This document shows positions 19,853 through 28,180 of a DNA stretch of 64,000 nucleotides, one piece after another (the stretch's first letter is position 1; each line of letters opens with the position of its first letter). This stretch comes from an uncultured Chloroflexia bacterium (GTDB lineage Bacteria; Chloroflexota; Chloroflexia; Thermomicrobiales; CFX8). The translations under genes were made by a program, and so were the position numbers. Where the stretch lies: positions 15,829-79,828 of the forward strand of contig CAVPYN010000011.1 in the NCBI GenBank assembly GCA_963709995.1. The letters are read 5' to 3'. The notes under the pieces were generated by a model, which worked only from the letters and a program-made list of their open reading frames with translations, was not told the origin of the DNA and made no database searches.

Positions 19853-20629
19853 ATGTCACAACGACCAAGCGAACCGGAAGTCCGGCTCGAATTCATGAGC
19901 GGCGCGCTCATCGATAGCAATCAATATGACAAAGCGTTCCTGCCGGTTGGGGCGACCGAGTATCACGGCCCGCACCTCCCGTTCGGAACCGACACGATCG
20001 CTGCTGAGACGATCGCCGAGGCGTTCGCTCGCGAGCTCGGCGACGCAATCGTCCTGCCGCCGATCGCCGTCGGGGTCAGCCATCATCACCTGCCGTGGAA
20101 ATGGACGCTGTCGCTGCGGCCGGACACGCTGGTGCTGGTTATCAGGGACATCGCGGAGTCGTTGCTGCGTCACGGCATCACCAAACTGGTCATCGTTACC
20201 GCGCACGACGGCAACCCGGGGCCTGCCGAATCGGCCGCCCGGATCCTCTCTCAGGAACATGACATGAAGGTGGCGATCTTTCGGGGCTGGCAGGGAACGG
20301 CGGCCCGCCTGCTCGCGCCAGAATGGCACATCGATGGCGACCACGCCGGCCGGTCGGAGCTATCGATGGTCATGTATGCCTCGCCGGAAACGGCCTGGCC
20401 CGATCTGGCGACTGCCCAGCCGGAACAGTTCACCGATCTGCCGCTCGACCTGGTCGACACCTTCGACGGCACCGTTCCCCTGGGTTACTCCGGCGACGCG
20501 ACGAAGGCATCGGTCGAAGAGGGCGCTGCGGTCGTTCAGGCGCTCGTCCTCGAGGTTGTGCCCTATATCCGCGAGCTCGACGCGCGCGGCTGGAAGCGCG
20601 GCACCTGGATGAGCCGGATCGAGAGCTAA
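19853..20629 (+). CDS. Creatininase-family amidohydrolase
   Basis: The sequence MSQRPSEP...LPVGATEYHGPHLPFGTD...VTAHDGN is typical of the creatinine amidohydrolase / MftE / ArfB fold. ATG 19853 chosen; the longest ORF starts at 19622, inside the divergent upstream gene. Confidence 0.75.
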   Translation: MSQRPSEPEVRLEFMSGALIDSNQYDKAFLPVGATEYHGPHLPFGTDTIAAETIAEAFARELGDAIVLPPIAVGVSHHHLPWKWTLSLRPDTLVLVIRDIAESLLRHGITKLVIVTAHDGNPGPAESAARILSQEHDMKVAIFRGWQGTAARLLAPEWHIDGDHAGRSELSMVMYASPETAWPDLATAQPEQFTDLPLDLVDTFDGTVPLGYSGDATKASVEEGAAVVQALVLEVVPYIRELDARGWKRGTWMSRIES

Positions 20630-20742
20630 CCCGCGTTTGTACTACCGGAAGAGGCAACCTCATCGCGAAACGCGGTTGTTAGCGGCAGCACGCGAGATCA
20701 CCCAGGTAGAGCGCGGGGTGTCCCAACCGCCCAGCCCATAAA

Positions 20743-21418
20743 CCGAAACGGGACATCAGCGCCGGACGCGATCGTCGCTCATTGGAGGTGGAGAAGCTCT
20801 GCGGCGTGCGCGTTAGCCTGGGGGTTGCGGCTCTCGCGATCATTGTCGCGGTAACCGCCGGCTCACTTGTCGGTTTGGTGGCTGGCTACTACGGCGGCTG
20901 GGCGGACGGCGTGTTGATGCGCATCGTCGACATCATGCTCTCGATTCCCGTGCTGTTCTTGCTCCTATTCATTACGACGCTGTGGCGGGTCGGCCGGGTG
21001 CTGCTTGCTGGCGTCATCGCCGCGGTATCGTGGGTGACGCTCTCCCGGCTGGTGCGTGGCGAGGTGCTGGCGGTTAAGAATCGGGAGTACGTCGAAGCCG
21101 CCCGCGTCATCGGGGTTGGCGACTTTCGCGTCATCTGGAGACATATCCTGCCTGAACGTTGCTCCAGTCATGATCGTCTGGGCATCGTTGACGATTCCAG
21201 CCCTGATTCTGGTCGAAGCCTCGTTGAGCTTTCTCGGGCTGGGCGTCCAGCCTCCGACTCCATCCTGGGGCAACATGCTGTCCGGGGCTCGTTCGTTCTG
21301 GGCCCATTCCGTTCCCCTGGTCATCCTGCCCGGTCTGGCGATCTACATCACCGTCTTCGCGATCAATCTGATGGGCAACGGCCTTCGCGACGCGCTCGAT
21401 CCACGAGTGACAGACTAG
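20743..21418 (+). pseudogene. Oligopeptide/dipeptide ABC permease (OppC/DppC type) remnant: 5'-truncated and frameshifted, with no partner genes
   Basis: The ...GRD..S......G.R.SL..AALAIIVAVTAGSLVGLVAGYYGGWADG part is in one frame. From ~21155 (RHILP|NVAPVM) the conserved EAA-loop part (LVEASLSFLGLGVQPPTPSWG) is in another frame (ORF 21056..21418). About 90 N-terminal codons are missing. No oppA/B/D/F genes lie nearby. Confidence 0.7.
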
Positions 21419-21432
21419 AAGATCTCAGATCG

Positions 21433-21855
21433 ATGACGGGATCGATGCCTTCATTTCGACGGTCCAGGTTTCCATCGGCGCGAGGTCAGCCGATCCGGCG
21501 CGATGGGGTCGCCCTGGTAATGATAGTCGGAATGATCGCAGTGCTCGTCGTCGCCTGGGTGGACGCGGCTGATTACTTACGCCACGAGCGGCCCTTCGGC
21601 GACGAAATCCCCGGGGCGTTCGACGATGGGCAACGAGAATTCGGGAACGAAGGATGGTGGCCAAGCGTCCGAGCATTCTACTCAAAAGTCCACGCACTAC
21701 AAATCGAAACGACGCTCGATGGAGACGCCTTCGCCACCTGCAACGCGATCTACGAGCGAATCTGGTCCAATTCCGGTCAATTCTCCCGCTGGATGATAGG
21801 CAAGCTCTTTGTTTACGACCAAAACGATCAGATTCTCTGCGGCGGCGCTGCGTGA
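21433..21855 (+). CDS. Hypothetical protein with one N-terminal transmembrane segment
   Basis: ATG 21433 (MTGSMPSF...) lies in the tail of ORF 20782..21855. It has one hydrophobic helix (GVALVMIVGMIAVLVVAWV). No recognisable family. Confidence 0.35.
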   Translation: MTGSMPSFRRSRFPSARGQPIRRDGVALVMIVGMIAVLVVAWVDAADYLRHERPFGDEIPGAFDDGQREFGNEGWWPSVRAFYSKVHALQIETTLDGDAFATCNAIYERIWSNSGQFSRWMIGKLFVYDQNDQILCGGAA

Positions 21856-21928
21856 CGACTTCTTGCTCTCTATGCCGGGACACCCTCAGCAGTTGACGAG
21901 AGATCCTGGCCCCATGGTTGCTTCGTCC

Positions 21929-22336
21929 CTAAGCCCCGGCTCCTTCAAGCTCCGAAGTGCAGTTCGGGCAGCGACTCGCCTCTAGTGGGATATCGGTTTT
22001 GCAGAATGGACAGAGTTTGATGGTGACGACGCCCTCGTCTCGCCGTTTCATCTGGTTGTAGAACTGAACGACCATGAACAGGATCAAGGCAATCAGCAGG
22101 AAATTGATCATCACGGCAATGAAGTTGCCGTAGCGAATCTCCGCGCCGCCGACCTCAAGCACAAGCGCCGTGAACGTCTGGTCGCTGACGATCGCGCCGA
22201 TGATTGGCATGAAGATATCGTCGACAAGCGATGTAATGACGGCCGCGAACGTCACGCCCAGCACGAACGCAACAGCGATTTGGACAAGATTCCCGCCAAT
22301 CGCGAATTCCTTGAACTCCTTCCAGAGCCCTTCCAT
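21929..22336 (-). CDS. mscL: Large-conductance mechanosensitive channel MscL with a C-terminal CxxC...CxxC zinc-ribbon tail
   Basis: 135 aa. EFKEFAIGGNLVQIAVAFVLG...DDIFMPIIG is the MscL signature. The tail is KLCPFCKTDIPLEASRCPNCTSEL. Confidence 0.9.
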   Translation of the reverse strand: MEGLWKEFKEFAIGGNLVQIAVAFVLGVTFAAVITSLVDDIFMPIIGAIVSDQTFTALVLEVGGAEIRYGNFIAVMINFLLIALILFMVVQFYNQMKRRDEGVVTIKLCPFCKTDIPLEASRCPNCTSELEGAGA

Positions 22337-22363
22337 CTTCCCCGTCTCCTTCCGTTGCGCCAG

Positions 22364-22807
22364 CTAATCTCGCACGCCAAGGCATTCCGCCGCCAGAACA
22401 CCTCCAATGACGTTGATCGTATTGGACTTTCCGAGGCTGTCAATCAGTCCTTCGACGGTGTAGTTCGTCCAGTTACTCTGCTCCGGCGCCGATCAGGCGC
22501 CGAGAACCAACTCCGAGATCCCGGAGAGCAAGATCGCGCCACAACACATCGGGCAGGGCTCGAACGTGGTGTAGAGCGTGCAACCCGTGAAATCGGCCGT
22601 TTCAAGCGCGGCCCCGCCTTCCCGTAGCGCCACCGTCTCGGCATGCGCAGTGACATCATGGGTCGTGTTGACCAGGTTTCGTCCCCGAGCAATCACCTCG
22701 CCATCCTTCACGATGATCGACCCGACAGCGCTATTCCCCTCATCCCGGGCAACAGCGGCTTCTTCGAGCGCAATCTGCATGAACGCTTCGTGGGTTTCCA
22801 TGCTCAT
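22364..22807 (-). pseudogene. CMP/dCMP-type zinc deaminase (TadA / guanine deaminase-like) interrupted by an in-frame TGA
   Basis: Catalytic motifs are HAE...PCPMCCGAI. ORF 22493..22807 stops at TGA (22493-22495). The same frame then continues without a shift for 42 more family-like codons (SAPEQSNWTNYTVEGLIDSLGKSNTINVIGGVLAAECLGVRD) to TAG 22364-22366. Confidence 0.75.
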
Positions 22808-23006
22808 GATCTGTTTCTCCTATCCACGTTCGAATCGATTCCCTCACCGCTCCCGTCTCCAGCCGGGCGACTGAGTGCGAACGACACATCGCGTCGCCGC
22901 TTCCGACAAGAGAATGGAGTGCTTCACCCGGCTGCCGCATCAATTCCCTTCCAATGATTTTAGCCCGGATAACTCGCGGCGCGGACGGAAGTACATGCGT
23001 GATGCA

Positions 23007-23034
23007 GGTAGAGAAGCGCCGTTGGCGCGTCTCC
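23007..23034. repeat. REP-like palindrome, copy c
   Basis: Sequence is GGTAGAGAAGCGCC GTT GGCGCGTCTCC, in the 420-nt non-coding gap between pyc and the deaminase gene. Confidence 0.6.
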
Positions 23035-23078
23035 GATCCCTTATCCTCGATCCGCCAGAACCGGAAGCTATAACCACC

Positions 23079-23104
23079 GAGACGCGCCAGCGGCGCCTCT
23101 CTAC
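23079..23104. repeat. REP-like palindrome, copy d
   Basis: Sequence is GAGACGCGCC AGC GGCGCCTCTCTAC, about 45 nt downstream of copy c. Confidence 0.6.
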
Positions 23105-23229
23105 AACAAACCATCTCGATGCCTATTCCGGTCTATCCATACAGAAGACGATGCGCAAGCGCAGCGCAAGAAGAAAGATCGACCGACAAGCATGCATTCG
23201 CCCAGCGAAATCAGATGGCCCGGACTATC

Positions 23230-26200
23230 TTATCCGGCGACATCTTCGAGCCTGATGAGCAGATCACCAGGCTGGACGCTTTCTCCGGAGCGGGTGAAGG
23301 CTTGGGCAATCACTGCGTCTCGCGGCGCGGTGATGACCGTCTCCATCTTCATGGCTTCAATCACCAGCAACTGCCCGCCGCGGGGAATGCGCTCCCCAGG
23401 CGCTGGCACAACCTGGACCACCGTGCCTGGCATCGGCGCGGCAATCTCCCGCCAGTCCGACGGATCGGCCTTGGGGCGTTCCGCGACCGCCGCAGCCGCG
23501 CTGCGATCGCGGGTCACGATCTCCCGCGGGCTGCCGTTCAGGTCAAAGTAGACGACTCGTGAACCATCATCCTGTAGCGGACCGAGCGCGGTGATCGAGA
23601 TAATCAATATCTTGCCCTGCTCGATCTCGGCGTAAGCCGTCTCCCCGGGATTCAGGCCGTGGAAGAAGGTCGCCGAATCCAGGCACGACGTGTCGCTAAA
23701 ATCCTCGACATGCTGGAGGTAGTCCAAAAAGACGTCCGGATAGATCAGAGATGAAAGCACTTCGCGCTTCCTGAGATCGCGTCCGACCAGCTCCTTCAAC
23801 TCGGTTGATCGAGCGGCGAGGTCCACATCGTCCAGAAGCGAACCGGGCCGCTCCATGATCGCGTTACGGTCCTTGAGCACGGCTCGCTGGAGATTCTCTG
23901 GAAACGGGTATGGTGGCTGACCCAGACCTCCAGCGAGCATCTCGATTACCGACTGTGGGGCGTCGAGATCTTGGAGTCGCTCGATGAGCATCGATGGCTC
24001 GATATCGTTCTGTACCATGAACAGCGCAAAGTCACCGACCGCTTTGGACGAAGGAGTGACCTTGATGACCTCGCCGAGCGCCTGGTCCGCTTCGCGATAG
24101 GCGTCAACCACGTCGGCCCAACGCCTCCCGAGCCCGACCGCTTCGGCCTGTGCCTTGAGGTTCGTGTATTGGCCGCCCGGAATATGGTGCCGGTAGACCG
24201 ACGCGTCGGGCGCGTTGATCCCTGTTTCAAACTCGCGATACCGTTCTCGTACGTCACCCCAGTACGAGGATAGTCTCTCGAGATGCTCCGAACGCAGGCT
24301 GCTCTGGCGATCCGTCCCGCGCAGAGCCTGGACGATCGCGTTCAGGCTAGGCTGTGACGTGCCTCCGGCCATACTGCTCAACGCTCCATCGGCAATATCG
24401 AGACCCGCGTCCGACGCTCTGAGCACCGTCGCCACACCGGAACCGGCGGAGTCATGGGTGTGAAGATGCAGGGGAATACCAATCTCTTGCTTCAGTGCCG
24501 AGACGAGCGTGTAAGCCGCCGGGGGCGTCAGGATGCCGGCCATGTCCTTGATCGCCAGGATATGCGCGCCCGCAGCCTCGATCTCCCGGGCAAGGTCGAC
24601 GTAGTAGCGCAACGAATACTTGTCGCGCGATTCGTCAACGATATCGCCGGTGTAACAGATCGCCACCTCGGCGACCTTGCCAACTTTCCGCGCCTCGTCG
24701 ATCGCGACGATCATGTTCGGGAGGTAGTTGAGACTGTCGAATATCCGGAAGACATCGATCCCGGCATCGGCGGACTCGCGGACAAACTCCCGCACAAGGT
24801 TGTCTGGATACGCGCGATAGCCGACCAGGCTCTGACCCCGTAACAGCATCTGGAACAGAGTCTGCGGCATCTGTTCCCGCAATTCGGACAGGCGCTGCCA
24901 GGGGTCTTCCTTGAGAAACCGATAGGCGACGTCGAAGGTCGCGCCACCCCAGCACTCCAGGCTGAAGAGATCCCGAGCCATCGCCGCTGTCGCTGGCGCA
25001 ATCCGGAGCAGATCGTAGCTGCGCATGCGCGTCGCCAGGAGCGACTGGTGGGCGTCGCGCATCGTTGTGTCCGTCAGCAGCAACTCGGGCCGTTCCGCGA
25101 TCCAATCATTGAGGGCTTCAGGACCGCTTCGATCCAGAATCATCTTGGCTGTTGGACGCGCTTCCGCCTCATTCTCAAACGCCGGCAATGGTATTGCCGT
25201 CCGCGAGGGTTGGATTCGAAACTGATCGCGAACCGGGTCGTTGACCGCGCTCTGGGCGATGAAGCGCAGTAGCTTCGTCCCCCGGTCGCGCCGCGGCGGG
25301 AACCTGAACAGCTCGGGATGCGTGTCGAGGAAGGTTGTCGTGGCCGAGCCGCTCAAGAAGATCGGATGCTGGATCAGATTTTCGAGGAACGGGATGTTGG
25401 TTGAAACGCCGCGCACCCGGATTTCGCGAATTGCCCGGTACATCCGCCGGGCGGCGCTTTGCAGATCGGAGTCCCAGGTGCTGACTTTGACAAGGAGAGA
25501 ATCGTAGTGCGGCTGAATCTCCGCGCCGGTCAAACCGCTGCCGACATCGAGCCGCACTCCGTAACCACTGGCGCTTCGAAAGGCGAGAATTCGTCCATTG
25601 TCCGGCAGGAAGCCGTTTAGCGGGTCCTCGGTCGTTACCCGGCACTGCATCGCCGCGCCGCGTGTTTCTGGCGGCTCCGCGACGCCCAGATCGGCAAGTG
25701 TAGCTCCCTCCGCGATCCGGATCTGCGATTGAACGAGATCGACTGCGGTCACAAGCTCGGTGATCGTATGCTCAACCTGGATGCGCGGGTTGACCTCGAT
25801 GAAGTAGGCGTTGCCATCCGCGCCCACCAAAAACTCGACCGTGCCGGCACTCCGATAGCCGACGGCTTCCATCATGCGCCGCGCCGAATCACAGATCTCG
25901 CGCCGCTGCACATCGGTAAGCGACAGCGCCGGAGTCACTTCAATCATCTTCTGATGCCGGCGCTGGACGGAACAGTCGCGCTCCCACAGGTGGACGACGT
26001 TCCCCTGCCCATCTCCCAGGACTTGGACCTCGATGTGCCGCGCGTCGGGAATGAACTGCTCGAGATACACCGCCGGGTCTCCAAACGCGGCTCTAGCCTC
26101 CCGGCGAGCAGCGTCGATGGCCGAAGCAAGCTCACGGTCGCTATGCACGATCCGCATCCCCCGGCCCCCGCCGCCATGGACGGCTTTGACCATGAGCGGA

Positions 26201-26674
26201 TAGCTATGGAGGCGGGCAAATTCGAGCCCTTCGGCGGCGTCCGCAACCGGTTCATCCGTTCCGGCGGCGACCAGCAGACCTGCGTCAATAGCGACTTTCC
26301 GCGCCGCGAGTTTTTCGCCGAAGAGGTCAAGGTGCCCGGGATCGGGTCCGATGAAGATGACGCCCGCCGCCTGGCACCGGCGTGCGAATTCCGCGTTCTC
26401 AGCCAGAAATCCGTACCCGGGGTGGATCGCGTCTATCTGGTGTTGCTTCACCAGTTGGAGAATGCCATCCATATCGAGATATGCGCCTACTGGCGTCTTG
26501 CCACGGCCGACAACATAGGCTTCATCAGCCCGGTAGCGATGTGGCGAGAGCATGTCCTCCTCGCTGTAGATCGCGATGGTTTCCTTGATCAAGCTCGGTT
26601 GCAGCCTGGAAGATCCGAATGGCGATCTCGCCTCGATTCGCCGCGAGAATCCGCCGGATCGTGCCTGTTGTCAT
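23230..26674 (-). CDS. pyc: Pyruvate carboxylase (biotin carboxylase + carboxyltransferase + BCCP domains) with a frame break at about codon 27
   Basis: ORF 23230..26592 holds everything from IKETIAIYSEEDMLSPHRYRADEAY to the biotinyl motif EAMKME. The true N-terminus MTTGTIRRILAANRGEIAIRIFQAATEL (ATG 26674, SD AGGAAG) lies in another frame immediately upstream. Confidence 0.9.
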
Positions 26675-26689
26675 TGGTTCTTCCTATCT

Positions 26690-27088
26690 TCAGTTCACCC
26701 GAATCAGCGGTTGGCGCAGGGGACTGACCCAGGAGCCGCCTCTTGGACGGCACTCGATCGTTTCATTGAAGGTCTTGAACGCCTCGCCACTTGGGATGCG
26801 CTCGGGAAAAGCGGTGTGGTCGAGGGCCATCTGGAATGCGCCGAACTCATTCGCGGTTGTCTGCCCGACGATCGGTTTGTCGCCGGTTGTGAGGCGGCAT
26901 TCGACGTTCTTGCCTGACGTCGCCGCGCCGCGATCCCCGACCATCTCAGCCTTGATCGCTCCCTCGGAAGTGTAGGTGACCGAGAGTTGCAGCACCCGAT
27001 CGTCCAGCTTCTCGCCGCCTCCACACGCGACCAGAAGCAACAAGAGCCCGGACACCCACGCTAGATTTCGGAGAAGTCGCGTCATCAT
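26690..27088 (-). CDS. Hypothetical lipoprotein
   Basis: Signal peptide plus lipobox (LLLLLVACGG). 132 aa, no recognisable family. Confidence 0.55.
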   Translation of the reverse strand: MMTRLLRNLAWVSGLLLLLVACGGGEKLDDRVLQLSVTYTSEGAIKAEMVGDRGAATSGKNVECRLTTGDKPIVGQTTANEFGAFQMALDHTAFPERIPSGEAFKTFNETIECRPRGGSWVSPLRQPLIRVN

Positions 27089-27182
27089 CTGGACAGAATC
27101 AATCAGGGCCCCGTTCCATAGCAGGCGGGTACAATCCGTCGGCTTGACGAATCCGCCGATCGCATCACTGTCAGGATCTTAC

Positions 27183-28163
27183 GTGGACCCGGACAAGAGA
27201 TTCCAGAAGCTCGGGACGAATCTGGCGCTGCTGGCCATCGCGGTCATCTGGGGCATGAACTTTGTCGGCATGAAATACCTCATTGGCAAGGTCGGCGCGC
27301 TGGACGTCGTCCTGCTTCGCGTCATGTTCGCCGCCCTGATGTTTGTCGTCATCCTCGCGGTCCGCAGGCACAGAATTCCGCGATTCAGCAGGGAGGAATG
27401 GCGACTGCTCCTCCTCGTCGGCTTCTTCGGCGTGATTACCAACCAGATATTCGTCAGCTACGGCACCAGCTACCTGAGCGCGGCGGTAGCGAGCATGATC
27501 GCGACCAGCACGCCCGTGTTCATGGCCATCCTCAGCCGGTTCGTGCTCAAGGAACGTCTGACGCCAAGGAAGCTCGCCGGCATCTCGATGGCGTTCTCTG
27601 GATTCCTGATCGTTCTCCTCTTTGGATCAAACAACGCCGAATTCTCGGTGACCAACGCGCTCGGCGTCTTCATCACCGCCCTCGCGCCTTTAAGCTGGAC
27701 AATCTCGACGCTGCTGTCAACCAGACTCATGCTCCGTCACGATCCAACAGTCATCACTGGCCTCACGACGGTCATTGCCGGCGCCGCCCTGCTCCCGGTT
27801 CTCGTCACCCGAGCTTCCCTGCTAACTGACATGCGCGGCTTTTCACTCGTTGAGTGGGCCGCGGTGTTCGTGACCAGCATACTCTCGATAGTGGTCGCAT
27901 ACACCGTCTGGTACCGGGCATTGCGTAAGCTTGAACCGACACAAATTGCAGTTTATGTGTATCTTGTGCCCTTTTTTGGGATAATCTTCGCATGGCTGCT
28001 CCTGGATGAAACGATAACGCGATATGTTGTTCTGGGAGGAGTCACAATTCTGGGTGGCGTGATCATCACGAACTCCAGCCGCCGGCCAACGGCGGTTCCG
28101 GTGAAGGATGACAACCTCACTGTTGCGACGCGCCAGGCGTCCGAACGAGCACAGCGGACATAG
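27183..28163 (+). CDS. EamA/DMT-family transporter
   Basis: Ten hydrophobic segments and two EamA-like halves (AIAVIWGMNFVGMKY...). GTG 27183 chosen so that the first TM helix is included; the longest ORF starts at 26976. Confidence 0.8.
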   Translation: MDPDKRFQKLGTNLALLAIAVIWGMNFVGMKYLIGKVGALDVVLLRVMFAALMFVVILAVRRHRIPRFSREEWRLLLLVGFFGVITNQIFVSYGTSYLSAAVASMIATSTPVFMAILSRFVLKERLTPRKLAGISMAFSGFLIVLLFGSNNAEFSVTNALGVFITALAPLSWTISTLLSTRLMLRHDPTVITGLTTVIAGAALLPVLVTRASLLTDMRGFSLVEWAAVFVTSILSIVVAYTVWYRALRKLEPTQIAVYVYLVPFFGIIFAWLLLDETITRYVVLGGVTILGGVIITNSSRRPTAVPVKDDNLTVATRQASERAQRT

Positions 28164-28180
28164 ACAGGAAGACTGAAACG

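Noticed and set aside
22493-22495. In-frame TGA codons (22493, 56382, 47660) as selenocysteine or a reassigned stop codon
   Set aside because: TGA terminates treS-mak, malQ/glgB, GH57 and other genes at positions consistent with normal protein ends. The aligned residue in homologues is Arg, not Cys or Sec. I saw no SECIS-like hairpin directly downstream.
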